Assembly: GCA_030390025.1 (NCBI GenBank)
Contig: CM059430.1
Location: 73,408,001-73,472,000 of the forward strand
Length of the DNA: 64,000 nt
Direction: 5' to 3'
From: Squalus acanthias
Taxonomy: Eukaryota
A program made the position numbers and the translations under genes. A model generated the notes under the pieces. That model was not told the origin of the DNA, did no database searches, and worked only from the letters and a program-made list of their open reading frames with translations. Below, in pieces: positions 37,706 to 51,254 of this stretch (positions within the stretch are counted from its first letter, which is position 1; every line of letters begins with the position of its first letter).

Positions 37706-40553
37706 TACACTAAAAAAGGAGGGGGAGGATTCCGGTGACGGGAAATTTAGAAATCTAAAGAGTAAGTTCAAGGCAATAGAGCAGTGTAGCTATTTGGTCA
37801 AAATAAGCAGAGTATTAAAGGAAGGGACAGAGAGTTTCATGTTAGCAGTGCAACAGAAAATAAGGTCAAAGCAGGGAAAAATGTTCAAAATTTTTAATTC
37901 AATTCTCTGTATCTGACTGCACGAAGTATTTGTAACAAGATAAATGAACCGTTGGCATAAATAGATATGGATGTTTTTTTCTATTTGCCATTACAGAGAC
38001 ATGGTTGAAAGTCGGCCACGTTTGGGAACTAAATGTTCCAGGGTACTTGGCGTTTCGAAAAGACAGGCAGAATATAAAAGGAGGGGGAGCAGCCCTGATA
38101 ATAAAGGATGACATAAGGAGAGTAGCGAGAAAGGATCTCGGTTCGGAAGATCAGTAGGTAGAATCAGTATGGATGGAGATAAGGAATAATAAGGTGCAGA
38201 AGTCACTGGTAGCAGTAGTTTATAGCTCCCCTAACAGTTGCTATACCGTTGAACAGCATATTAATCAAAAAATTGTAGGAACTGGCAACAAAGGTAATGC
38301 AGAAATCTTGGGCTACTTTAATCTTCATATAGACTGGACAAATCAAATTGGCAAGTGTAGTCTTAAGGACCAATTAGTGGAATGCATTCGGGACAGGTTC
38401 CTAGAACAATATATCATGGAACCGAACACGGAACAGTTTATTTTAGATCTTGTACTGTGAAATATTTCATAATTATCAACAAAAATAGATTCCGTTGAGA
38501 AACATAAACTCTACGGGAAAAGTGATCCAACCGTGGTTAACTTAAGAAGTTAAGGATTGCAATAGATTGAAAGAAGAAGCTTATAATGCTGCAAAGAATA
38601 ATAGCCATCCTGAGGATTGGGAGAGTTTCAGACACCAGCAAAGGTTGAATAAAAAATTGATTTAAAAAGGAAAAAATAGAATATGAGAGAAAACTAGCAA
38701 GAAATATAAAAGCAGATTGTAAGAGTTTCTACAAGTATGTAAAAAGGAAAAGCGTAGCAAAAGTAAAAGTTTGTCCCTTAGAGGCTGAGACAGGAGAAAT
38801 TATTATGGGAATAAGGAAATGGCAGAAATGTTAAACACATATTTTGCATCTGTCTTCACATTAGAAGACAATAAAAGCATACCAAATATGATGGGGAATC
38901 AAGGACCTAATGAGGTCAGGACCTTAATGCAATCAATATAAGTACAGAAAAGCTACTAGAGAAAATAATGGGACTAAAAGGCAACAAGTCCCCTGGACCT
39001 AATGGCCCACATCCTCGGGTTCTAAAAGGGTTGGCTGAAGAGATCGTGGATGCATTGCTTTTGATCTTCCAAATTTCCCTAGATTCTGGACTGGTCCCAG
39101 ACGATTGAAAGGCAGCAAATGTAACACCGCTATTCAAGAAAGGAGGGAGAGAGAAAAACAGGGAACTGCAGGACAGTTAGCCTGACATCAGTCTTCAGGA
39201 AATGCTGGAATCTATTGTAAAGGAAGTGGTTTCACATCACTTAGAAAATCAGAACATATGTAGCAGATTCAACATGGTTTTATGAAAGGGAAATCATGTT
39301 TGACAAATTTATTACATTTTTTTGAGGATGCAGGTAGCAGGGTAGATAAAGGTGAACCAGTTGATGTAGTATATTTGAATATCCAAAGGCATTCGATAAG
39401 GTGCCACATAAAAGGTTAAACAAGATTAGGGCTCATGGGGCTAGGGGTAATATAGTAGAATGGATAGAGGATTGGTTAACTGACAGAAAACAGAGAGTAG
39501 AGATAAACGGATCTTTTTCAGGTTGGCAGGCTGTAACTATTGGGTGCCACAAGTATCGGTCTTGGGTACTCAGCTATTTACAATCTATATTAATGACCTA
39601 GGTGAAGGGACCGGTTGTAATGTATCCAAGTTTGCTGATGATACAAAGCTAGGTAGGACAGTAAGATGTGGGGAGTACACAAAGAGTCTTCAAAGCGAAA
39701 TAGATAGATTAAGTGAGTGGGCAGTAAGGTGGCAGGTGGAGTACAATGTAGGGAAATGTTAGATTATTCACTTTGGTAAGAAGAATAGAAAAACACAATA
39801 TTTTTTAAATGGTGAGTACGTTTCAAATATTGGTGTTCAGAGATATGTGGGTGCCCTTGTGCAAGTAACACAGAAAGCTACCATGCAGGTACAGCAAGCA
39901 ATAAGGAAGGCCAATGGCATGTTGGCCTTTATTGCAAGGGGTTTGGAGTATATGATTAAGGAAGTCTTGCTGCAAATGGACAGGCCCTTGGATGGACCAC
40001 ACCTGGAGTACTGTGCATAGTTTTGGTCTCCTTATCTAAGGAAGGATATACTAGCCTTGGAGGCAGTGCAACGAAGGTTCAGTAGATTGATTCCTGGAAT
40101 GAGAGGGCAGTCCTATGATGAGAGATTGTGTAGAATGGGCCTATACCCTATGGAGTTTAGAAGAATGAGAGGTGAACTCATTTAAAAATATAAGGTTCTG
40201 AAGGGGATTGACAGGGTAGATGCTGAGAGGTTGTTTCCCTTTGCTGGAGTGTCTAGAACTAGGGGGATTGGTCTCAGGATTATTAGTATGCCATTTAAGA
40301 CTGAGATGAGGATTAACTTCTTCACTCAGAGGGTGATGAATCGTAGGAATTCTCTGCCCCAGAGGGCTGTGAATGCTGAGTCTTTCAGTATATTCTAGGC
40401 TGAGATAGATAGATTTTTAGACTCAAGGAATATGGAAATCGGGCGGGAAAGTGGAGTTGAGGTCCATGATCAGCCATGATCTTATTAAATGGTGCAACAG
40501 GCTCGAGGGGCCGTATGGCCTACTCCTGCTCTTATTTCTTATATTCTTCTGTT
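37706..40553 (+). mobile_element. CR1 copy (APE+RT, decayed) nested in the host LINE
   Basis: APE and RT remnants (FADDTKLG), CR1 3' end, CTT on both flanks. Confidence 0.9.
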
Positions 40554-40965
40554 CTTGATTGGCACCCCATCCACCACATTAAACATTCACTCCCTCCACC
40601 CGCGGCGTATCAAGGCTGCAGTGTATACCATCAAAAAGATGCACTGCAGCAACTCGCCAAGGCTTCTTCAGCAGCACCTCCCAAACCCGCGACCTCTTCC
40701 AATTAGATGGACAAGGGCAGCAAGCACATGGGAACATCACCACATCCAAGTTCACCTCCAAGTCACACACCATACTGACTTGGAAATATATGGCGTTCCT
40801 TCATCATCGCTGGGTACAAAATCCTGGAAATTACTAGCTAATAGCACTCTGGGAGTACCTTCACCACACGGCCTTCAGCGGTTCAAGAAGGGTTCTCAAG
40901 GCCAATTAGGGATGGGCAATAAATGCTGGCACTGCCAGCGATGCCCACATCCCGTGAATGAATAC
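40554..40965 (+). mobile_element. 3' end of the host LINE
   Basis: LIGTPSTTLNIHSLH...YTIKKMHCSNSPRLL and tail gggatgggcaataaatgctggc. Confidence 0.88.
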
Positions 40966-42247
40966 ATTTTTGGGGGAATAATTTCATGCGAAACATTGCG
41001 GATTCCGGTTGATATAAAATAAATCATATTTATATTGCAAACCTCCATGTATCTTGCTATCTCCGACCATTTCCGTCTATTCCACAGATTCCCAATCCCC
41101 CAATTCCCTTCAAACCCAAAATTCCACCTCTCCTGTAACTACTAGCAACTCTTTGGCAACTTCATCTACAGACCTGTGGACAACATCCACTTGGACGCTG
41201 ACAATAACCAGCTCTGCAACTTCACCCTGTCTTTTCAGCGCTCCACTGATGGAACATGTCGTATTGCTTGTCCACAACATCCAGGCTTGGATGAATCGTA
41301 AATTTCTCCAGCTAAAGACCAATACAAATTTAACGCTATTGGTGTAGATCAACTTGAGTTCCAAATTCTTCCAAGACATCTGTCTATCGCTGTATGATCG
41401 ACTGAAAGAAATAGATCTTGGAGAGTAGCGCAACATGAACGCTCGGAAATCAGCAGGCCATTTGACATCCCACCCGAAATACTTAATCATTGAATTGAAA
41501 TGGTTCGGTTTCAAATATGGTACCACTTAAGGATAAATTCACCACTCCCCTTTTATGTTTATTAGTACAGCACATTGAGGTAGATTTTCTTCTTCTCGGA
41601 CTGTGCTGAAAACGCCAGATTTTCATTCCAATGAATTGATCAGAATGGACATAAGACGGGTTTTATAAAAGTGCGATCCTCCCGGCATGATTGTGCCCCC
41701 TCCTGCACCTTCCGGCGATATTAAGGCCCTCCGCCTCATTTATTTTTCCTTTTTTCCATGAAAAATTAAATACATCGAGCACATTCCCACGATCCCTGAT
41801 ATGGATATGTTGATTAACCTCGGTAAAAAAATACATGGCTGCATATCTCGGCAGCTCTTTGATTGAACGATGTATGCATTAATGCAGACATACATGAATA
41901 AAATATAATACCCCGGAATTTGCGTTCAGCTGCGAAGCAAAGTCATTCGCTGCTGGCCCAAAGAATGCTGCCGACAGAGTTGTTGCGATCTCCGTGGCGA
42001 GAAGTTTGCCTCTTTCACATAATGGGGAAAGGCTCGAGTACTCAGTTGTGACAGTAAAGGACTCTCTAAGCAGACAATCACATTGCAGAATTCTCACAGA
42101 GATCGAACCATGAAGTGAAGAAGGAGGTGTTCCTTTCTTTTTCCATCGTTGTTAGCTTCCAGGAGAGCAGGAGCTAAAAAGCTGCACCAGAGGGGACACA
42201 GAACCAGCGGTGAGTATTTCTACATCCAGTCATTAAAGTCAAGTTTT

Positions 42248-42562
42248 GGGCAACATGGTGGCAGAGTGGTTAGCACTGTTGCCGCAGAGCGCCAGGGACC
42301 CGGGTTCGAATCCGGACACGGGTGACTGTCTGTGTGGAGTTTACACATTCTCCCCGTGTCTGCGTGGGTTTCCTCCGGGTGCTCCGGTTTCCTCCCACAG
42401 TCCAAAGATGTGCGGGTTAGGTTGATTTGGCTATGATAAATTGACCCTTAGTGTAAGGGGTGAAATACGTGGGGTTACGGGGAAAGGGTGGGATATGTGT
42501 CGGTGCAGGCTCGATGGGCCAAAATGGCCTCGATCTGCATTGTGGGGATTCTGTGATTCTGT
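42248..42562 (+). mobile_element. HE1-type V-SINE, complete
   Basis: tRNA head (tggcagagtggttag, ggttcgaatcc), V domain gtgtctgcgtgggtttcctccgggtgctccggtttcctcccaca, gattctgt repeat tail. Confidence 0.9.
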
Positions 42563-42564
42563 AA

Positions 42565-45500
42565 AAGTAAGGTCTCTAGTTTAGAGTCGGCAGTGTTTAA
42601 AGGAAAGTAAGGTCCCGAGTGTATTTAAAAGGAGTAAATTAAGTGTCGGACATGGTGGAGCAGCTTGGCAGCGTGGAGTGCTCCTCCTGTGCTATATTGG
42701 AAGTCAGGGACACTTTTGGTGTCCAGGGCGAACACATGTGCAGAAAGTGTCTCCAGCTGCAGCTACTCGAAATCCGCCTTTCGGCGCTGGTGCTGCAGCT
42801 GGAGTCACTGTGGAGCACCCGCGAAGCTGAGAACTTCGTGGATAGCACGTTTAACAAGTTGGTCACACCGCAGACAGGTAATAGGTGACCACCAGACAGA
42901 GCAATAGATCTCGGCAGGTCGTGCAGAAGTCTTCTAGGTCAATCTCCCTCTCCGACAGATTTTCCGTTTTGGATACTGATGGGGGAGATGGTTTCTCAGG
43001 GGAATGCAGCAAGAGCCAATTCCGTGGCACTAGGAGTGGCTCAGCTGCACAGGAGGGGAGGAAAAAGAGTGGGAGATCAATAGTTAAAGGATATTCTATC
43101 GTAAGGGGAACAGATAGAGGTGTCTGTGGCCGCAGACGTGACTCCAGGATGGTATGTTGCCTCCCTGGTGCCAGGATCAAGGATGTCACTGAACGGCTGC
43201 AGGGCATTCTGAAGGTGGAGGGCGAACAGTCTGAGGACGTGGTTCACATTGGTAGCAACGACATGGGTAGAAAGAGGGATGAGGTCCTGCAACAAGAATT
43301 TAGGGAGCTAGGTAACAGATTAAAAAGCAGGACCTCAAAGGTTGTAATACCTGGATTACTCCCGGTGCCGCGTGCGAGTGAGTATCGCAATAGGAGGATA
43401 TAGCAGATGAATGCGTGGCTAAAGAGTTGGTGCAGGAGGGAGGGCTTTAATTTCCGGGATCACTGGGTCTGCTGCTGGTGAAAGTAGGACCTGTACAAGT
43501 TAGACGGTTGCCCCTTAACCGGAACGGGACCACCATCCTTGCGGGGAGGTTTGCTAGTACTGTTGTGGGGGGGGCGGGGGAGGGGGTGGGGGTTAAACTA
43601 ACTTGGCAGTGGGATGGGATACCGAGTGGAGCTCTAGTAGGGTGTGATGCACAGCCAAATATATTGGAATAAACAAGTCAGCCTGGAAGGCAGAGCAAAT
43701 ATGTAACGGCACAATGAAGTATGGCAAGGCTGGATGGCATTTATTTTTTATGCAAGGAGTCTTGCGAGTAAAGGCAGATGAATTGAAGGTGTTGATGAAC
43801 ACATGGGAGTACGATATTGTTGCTATCACAGAGACATGTTTGAGGGAGGGGCTGGACTGGCAGCTCAATATTCCGGGGTACAGATTCTTCAGACGAGACA
43901 GAGGTGGGTGGAAAAGAGGAGGGGGTGTCGCAATATTAATCAAGGAATCAATTACTGCTGGAAGGAGGGATGATATCTTAGCAGGTTCTTCTTGTGAGTA
44001 CATATGGGTACAGCTTAAAGACAAAAAGTGGGCAAGCACTTTGCTGTGAGTGTACTATAGATCCCCAAACAGTCAGGGGGAGATAGAGGAATAGATAATA
44101 GGCAAATCTCAGAGAAGTGCAGAAATAATAGGGTAATAATAGTAGGTTATTTCAACTTCCCCAATATTAACTTGGATAGTCAAAGTGTGAAAGGCTTAGA
44201 GGGTGCGGAATTCTTAAAGTGCATCCAGGAGAGCTTTTTGAGCCAGCATGTATAAAGTCCTGCAAGAGAGGGGGCGGTACTGGACCTAATTTTAGGGAAT
44301 GTAGCCGGGCAACTGGGAGAAGTGTTAGTTGGAGAGCATTTTGGTGACAGTGATCATAATTCGGTGAGATTTAAGGTAGTCATGGAAAAGGACAAAGATG
44401 GACCGGAAATAAAGGTTCTAAATGGGGGAAGACCGATTTTAATATGAAAAGGCAGGATCTGGCAAAAGTGGACTGAGATCAGCTACTTGTAGGAAAATCC
44501 ACATCAGAGCAGTGGGAGTCTTACATAAAGGAAATAGAGAGAGTACAACGGCAACATGTTCCCGTAAAGGTCAAGGTGGGAAACAACAAGCCCAGGGATC
44601 CCTGGATGTCATGGGATATGCGACAATCGATTAGGAGAAAAAGGGAGGCTTTTGGCAGATACAAAGGATTAATAACAGTGGAAGCCCTAGAAGAGTATAG
44701 AAAGTGCAGGGGGGTAATTAAAAAATAAATTAGGAGAGCGAAGAGGGGGCATGAAATAACACTGGCGGGCAAAATAAAGGAAAATCCCAAGTTGTTTTAT
44801 AACTATATTAAGGGCAAGAGGATAACCAGGGAAAGAGTAGGGCCCATTAGGGACCAAAGTGGCAATCTGTGTGTGGAGCCAGAAGATGTCGGTGGGGTTT
44901 AAAATGAATATTTTGCATCTGTGTTCACTATGGAGAGGACGATGTCGGAATAGAAATTTGGCAGGGGGATTGTGATATACTTGAAAAATTAGTATTGAGA
45001 GGGAGGAGGTACTAGCGGTTTTAGCGGGCTTAAAAGTGGATAAATCCCCAGACCCTGACGAGATGTATCCCAGGCTGCTTTGTGAGGCAAGGGAGGAGGT
45101 TGCAGGGTCTCTGACACAATTTTCAGAAACTGTCTGGCCACAGCTGAGGTGCCAGAGTACTGGAGAACAGCTAACGTAGTACCATTATTCAGGAAGAGTA
45201 GTAGGGATAAACCAGGGAATTACAGGCCAGTGAGCCTAATATCAGTGGTAGGGAAATTAATGGAAAACATTCTGAGGGACAGAATTGGTTTCCATTTGGA
45301 GAGGCAAGGATTAATCAAGGATAGTCAGCAGGGATTTTTCAGGGGGAGACCATGTCTGACAAATTTGATTTAATTTTTCGAGGGAATGAATAGGTGTGTG
45401 GATGAGGGTAGTGCAGTTGATGTGGTCTACATGAACTTCAGTAAGGCTTTTGACAAAGTCCCGCATGCGAGACTGGTCAAGAAGGTAAGAGCCCATGGGA

Positions 45501-46620
45501 TCGAGGGCAACTTGGCACATTGGATCCAACATTGGCTTATTGGCAGGAGGCAGAGTGTGATGGTCGAAGGTTGCTTTTGTCACTGGAAGCCTCTGTCCAG
45601 TGGTGTACTGCAGGGTTCAGTGCTGGGTCCTCTGCTGTTTGTAGTGTACATTAATGATTTAGATATGAATGTAGGAGGTATGATCAGTAAGTTCGCAGAT
45701 GACACGAACATTTTTGTGGTGATAAATAGCGATCAGGGTCAGCTCAGGCTGCAGGACGATATAGACGGGTTGGTCAGATGAGCAGAACAGTGGCAAATGG
45801 CATTTAACCCAGTAAAGTGTGAGGTGATGCATTTTGGGAGGATTAACAAGGCAAGGGAATACACAATAGGACCCTAGGAAGGACAGGGGATCAGAGGGAT
45901 GTTCGTGTGCGTGTACGTAGATCCCTAAAGGCAGCTGGACAGGTAGATAAAGTGGTTAAAAAGGCATATGGAATACTTGCCTTCATTAGCCGAGGCATAG
46001 AATATAAGAGCAGGGAGGTTCCGATGGAGCTGTACAAAACGCTAGTTGTGCCACAGCTGGAATACTGTGTGCAGTTCTGGTCGCCACATAATAGGAAGAA
46101 TGTGATTGCATTGGAGAGGCTGCAGAGGAGATTCACCAGGATGTTACCTTGGCTGCAGCGCTTCAGCTATGAAGAGAGACTGGACAGGCTGCGGTTGTTT
46201 TAATTAGAGCAGAGAAGGTTGAGAGGGGACCTGACTGTTGTTTACAAAATTATGAGGGGCATAGATAGGGTAGATAGAAAGGAACTTTTCCTCTTAGTAG
46301 TGGGGTCAATAACCAGGGGGCATAATTTCAAGTTAAGTGGCAGGAGGTTTAGAGGGGATTTGAGGAAAAACTTTTTGACCCAGAGGGTGGTTGGAATCCG
46401 GAAGTCATTGCCTGAAAGGGTGGTAGAGGCAGGAACCCCAACAATATTCAACAAGCATTTAGATGAGCACTTGAAACGCCCTGCATAAAAGGCTACGGAC
46501 CAAGTGCTGGAAAATGGGATTAGAATAGACAGGGCTTGATGGCCGGTGCGGACACGATGGGCAGAAGGGCCTCTTTCTGTGCTGTATAACTCTTTGACTG
46601 TATGACTCTATGACTCCATG
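42565..46620 (+). mobile_element. Full-length decayed CR1 LINE
   Basis: ORF1 CSSC..CRKC and HIGSND, APE and RT motifs, ctatgact repeat tail. The 5' UTR may begin near 42150, before the SINE. Confidence 0.95.
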
Positions 46621-47068
46621 CTTTTATTCTGACTTTTAAAAATTGTTACAGACAGCAAAACTTTCGGGCTTCACATGGGGTAAGGTTAAACCTGAAATAA
46701 ATATGGACAACCGTTTAAAAATGTATATAATTTTAAATCTTCTTAAAAATTATATTTGTTATCATAATGGGGAAATTTGTCACTCCAGAAAATTAAGATT
46801 AGTTTTTCAGCGTCTTAATATTTGTTGAGATAACAGTACACTGTAAAACCCCTGTTACACCTAATCCATCAAGACCTAATTTTTAGTGGGGTATTTAACA
46901 GTGATATTAACGTAGAAAAGCGCAACTTTTCGTCAGTTTAACTGATATCACTGATTAAATTGATTGGCGGCTATAGCGGTATAGCGCAGCCAGTGTCGGA
47001 GCAGTGAATGACTGACCGCAATGTCAGTATTTCCGTTCAGATGCGAGGTCCAGTTTCAAAAAGACAAT

Positions 47069-47797
47069 GGCCCAAAAATTCGTGAGGAAGCCTTCGTGCG
47101 AGGGTAAGGTCTCCCCGCGATCTCTCACTGCGCGTTGGCTTTTTCAGTTCCAGCTCGCACGAACTTGATGTTCTGGACAGCTGCTGTGCTGGGCTTGCGT
47201 ATCCCACCGGCGTGCGATCTGTGGGATCACGTGACTCAGTTAGAGCCAATGGCAGCACACCATCTTCCATTCATAGCTTTCACATAAGTGCTGTGAAAGC
47301 TATGAATACTATAGCCCCCCAAAAGAACCGCTAAACCGCAATTAAATTTTTTAAAAAACCATCACATTAATAAAATAAGTATAGTTAAATAAATTAACCA
47401 TTTTAAATAAAAAATTAAATTTTTGAAAAAATGTAAAATCTTTTAAAATGTTATAAAAATAAACTTACCTGTCTTTAAAGTCTCTAAAAAAGATATACCT
47501 TTTAAAAAAAATTCAAAATAATACTTAATTCACTACTTACCTTGTTAAAAGTGGGTCTTACTCCTTTTTTTATGTGCAGAACCTTCCGTACTTACATGCG
47601 CGTTGAAACCATTAAGTGCACTGCATGCGCGCAGCCTGTAGGGCGCACGCGGTTCACTTAGGACACGCCCCCTTTTCCGTTCACCAAGTGCCGGTTTTCA
47701 GCGCATGCGCAGTGCATGCAGAAAACCGGCAATTGGAGACAGAATACCCGAGAGTACGCAGTGCGTACTCTCGCGTAGCGGCACTAATTTTTGGGCC
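47069..47797 (+). mobile_element. MITE family A copy
   Basis: TIRs ggcccaaaaatt / aatttttgggcc, AAT duplicated. Confidence 0.9.
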
Positions 47798-48379
47798 AAT
47801 AACAGCGAACACTTAGTTCCGCGTTACTACCCAGAGCAAAACCGGCCCTATATTAAATGGCGATTTCGATAACCTTCATGAAAAGGACATCTATGAGAAC
47901 AAGTCTGCATAATGCAGTTATAATTTTGGATTGGCGTTCCGGTAGAGACCACTGAAACAACCGGGGTAACTACAAACTTATCCCAGCTGTACAGGATGCG
48001 AATCTGCTAATTAATTTACTGCAGATGGAGTGCACAATTCAATCACGTTAACCGATCAGCTTTCGATTCTAATGGAAAACAATTTTGCTTCATCAAAAAC
48101 TTTAAATTTCATGATTGTTTTATTGAAGCAATTCAATAACAAAACATAGACAAATACTTTTCAAACAGCTGCAGAACGCTTTAGGCAAGGCTCAATAAAA
48201 GGAAAAAGATTGGCAAATTACTCAAGTAAAATATTTAACATAATAAACTTTTTAAACGTTATTCCGGAATTTTTTTCATGAATCAAAGTATAACGTTTGG
48301 CAATATTTCAGAAAGGAGCTGGAGAACTTTTGAATGACTCGCTTAGTTCCAGTGTCCACAGCAGAGCAGCGGAGATAGT

Positions 48380-49125
48380 GGCTCGAAAATTAGACCAAAT
48401 ACGCGAGAGTACGCACTGTGTACTCTCGCGTTTTCGGTCTCCAATTGCCGGTTTCCAGCATGCACTGCGCATGCGTGGGAAACCGGCACTTCATGAACTC
48501 AAAAGGGGGCGGTTCCTAAGTGAACCGCGTGCGCGCTACAGGCTGCGCGCACGCAGTGCACTTAGTGCTTTGAACGCGCAGGTAAGCATGGAAGATTTTA
48601 CACATAAAGAAAGGAGGCATAAGACCCTCTTTATACAAGGTAAGTAGTTAAGTATTATTTAAAAAACTTTTCAACAGCTTTACTTTTTTAGAGACTTTAA
48701 AGAAAGGTAAGTTTATTTTTATAAATTTTAAAAAGATTTTAAATTTTTTCAAAAATTTAAATTTTTGTTTAAAGTGGTTAATTTGTTTAACTATAGTTAT
48801 TTAATTAAGGTGATGGTTTTTTTAAAATTTAATTGAGGTTTAGCTGTTCCTTTGGGGGTAAGTTGTATTCATAGCTTCGACAGTTCTCCTGTCAAAACTA
48901 TGAATGAATGATGGTAAGCTGCCATTGGCTCTAACTGAATCACGTGATCCCAGAGCTCGCACGAACTAACTGCGTCTGTGGGTCACGCAAGGACTGCACA
49001 GCTGCATGTGGGACTGGCCTTGAAACTAAAGTCCGTGTGAGCCCGGAGGGAAAAGGTAGGCGCGCAGTGAGAAAACGCGGGGAAGCCTTACCCCGCAGGA
49101 ACGCTCCGTGTTTAATTGCTGGCCC
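48380..49125 (-). mobile_element. MITE family A copy, inverted, just downstream of the gene B stop
   Basis: Reverse-complement homolog of 20276-21037, AGT/ATT flanks. Confidence 0.88.
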
Positions 49126-49267
49126 ATTTTATCAACGGGAACAGTGTGACGCCTTACAACTATCTTCTACACCGAGTATCACTTTTTTCTGAACCACTGA
49201 TACAGGAAATGTAAAAAAAGACTTATCTCTTTCCCTCGACTGACGCTCTCGATAATCAGCGACTTGC

Positions 49268-49459
49268 TCAGCGGTAGATTATATTGTCACATTTATTTGT
49301 TGCATGATTGTTCGATCCGATCACCCTTTTCTGGTTTTTGAACTGAACCTGCCCGTACACTATGGGCTCCTCTTGCCGTTTCGTTTTTGTATATCTCTTC
49401 TGACTGACGAAATACAGCGCACAGTAAGTCAGCCTTTCTTCAGCTACCATTTGCGGAAT
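49268..49459 (-). CDS. Gene B terminal cytoplasmic exon with ITIMs LTYCAL and IVYGQV
   Basis: Phase-0 acceptor cacttctacag|ATT, frame IPQMVAEERLTYCALYF...EEPIVYGQVQF...IIYR ending in TGA. Two (I/V/L)xYxx(L/V) motifs. Confidence 0.78.
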   Translation of the reverse strand: MPQMVAEERLTYCALYFVSQKRYTKTKRQEEPIVYGQVQFKNQKRVIGSNNHATNKCDNIIYR

Positions 49460-49779
49460 CTGTAGAAGTGTTCAGAAATAGCGTTAATATTCTGTCTTCA
49501 AAAGCCTGCGGATTCCTACCTCAAACAATTTCGGATATTACTGCATCGGATGAGGCAAATGCGAAATGCGAGAACCTACCACAACTTCTCTCACCATCCT
49601 GAAGCGACTCATGCATACCCTGCTGCACCTCAAACCTGAGCCACGTTACCACATTCACCTGAACATACATGGGGATATATGTTATGTATAGACGATTATG
49701 ATAGTGAAATAACAACATAAACTTCAGCCAGAAAAGGTTCGTGTAAGTATGAAACTGCTTCCAGTAGTAGAAGTATCGC

Positions 49780-51240
49780 TAAACAGATTTAAGGTAATTG
49801 GCAAAAGAGCCAGAGTTTAGATAAGGAGATATTTTTTAACACAGTAAGTTATTATGATCTGGAATATATTGGCCCATATTTTAAGATCGCAGGGCTCCCG
49901 CGGGCGGAGGCCTGCGATCTGGAAAAATCTGAGCCCTTACCTGAGGGCTCCCCGGACGCGCACAATTCCGATGCAGGACCTCACCAAATTCCAAGTGCGC
50001 AGGGCCCAGGTATCCCAGAGGCGCATGTGATTCGCAGCGTCCCTGGGATCAAGTCGGCCATGGGGAACCAATCACAGAAAGGAATCTCCTTCCATACAAA
50101 GACAGGAAGACCTGTCAAATATATGAATCAAGATCAATGAAAAAACTTAGTAAAACTTAAAAAAACAAATTTTTAAACTCACTCTTTTAAAATTACTTGA
50201 AATTACAATAAATTAAGTTTAAAAAAACAAATTTGAAAAAAATAATTAAAGTATTTTACGGTGCTAAAAATAAACTTACCTTTTTTAAAAAGTATTTTTA
50301 AATGATAAATCAGTGACAACATGTTTTAAAACTTTTTTTTCTACTCTCATCCTGCTAAAATCAGGCCTTACACCTGCTTTTAGCAGGCGGAAGAATTGTA
50401 AGGGTTTTCTGCGGGCGGAGGATCTCCAAAAAGCGGAACTATCTGCCGGCAGAAGCCCTTCTCCAGGGCAGCCCGAGGGTCTGTCAAGCGGATTCTTGAT
50501 AGAGCGGAAATACCGGTTTTCAGCGCATGCGTTGTGCATCCCTGAAACCGGCATTTCCGATGTCCTACGGGTGTGTGCACAGCGGGTAGCCACACAGAGT
50601 GCTCGGAGTTTCCGGCCCATTGTCTGAAGCAGTGGTGGAAGCAGATACGATAGTACATTTCAAAAGGAAATTAACTATGCGCTTGAAAAGGAAAATACTA
50701 TCAGGGTTATGGAGAAAGTGAAAGGGAGTTTGAATAATTTGATAGCTTTCCAAAGAGATGGCACAGGTACGATCGGTCGAAAGATTCTTCTGTGTTGAAA
50801 GATTCTATGATTCTATGATAAGCCTGTTAACAAGGAGCACATGCAGAGTCTAACATAAGTGTAATGCTCGAATACAATACCAGTGTGAGACAGCAAATAA
50901 GTTTAAGGGGATATTTAATGACGGCTTTCAAGATCATAAAGGGTTGTGTTCCAGTAAATAAGGAGATTTTTTTTCCACTGAGAGAATAATTGGTAACAGG
51001 TGGACACAGATATAAAGTAATTCTCAAAAGAGCCGTAGCTGAGATGATGAATAAAATGTTACGCAGCAAGTTATTATGATCTGGAATGCACTGCCTTAAA
51101 GAGTATTGGAAAGAGATTCAACAGTAAATTTAAAAACGAATTTTAGTAATTACTTATTTTGAGAAAATTTCAGGACTGTGGGGAAACGGCAGAGGAGTGA
51201 GACTAGTTACATAGCTCTTTCAAAGAGCCGACCCAGGTTG
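49780..51240 (+). mobile_element. Old CR1 3' relics
   Basis: Two occurrences of ttattatgatctggaat with CR1 3'-end-like context; gattctat tail near 50800. Confidence 0.65.
49871..50618 (+). mobile_element. MITE family B copy nested in a CR1 relic
   Basis: ATT duplicated; shares cccaggtatcccag..gcgcatg..ccctgggatca..ggccatggggaaccaatca with 901-1623. Confidence 0.82.
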
Positions 51241-51254
51241 GAAGGACGAAATAT

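Noticed and set aside
41879-42097. ORF with ITSM-like TEYSSL on the minus strand
   Set aside because: Lies past the gene B stop, its acceptor is phase 2 with no matching donor, and a single short motif is expected by chance.
42248-42320. tRNA gene
   Set aside because: It is the tRNA-derived head of a SINE, followed by the V domain and a LINE-like tail.
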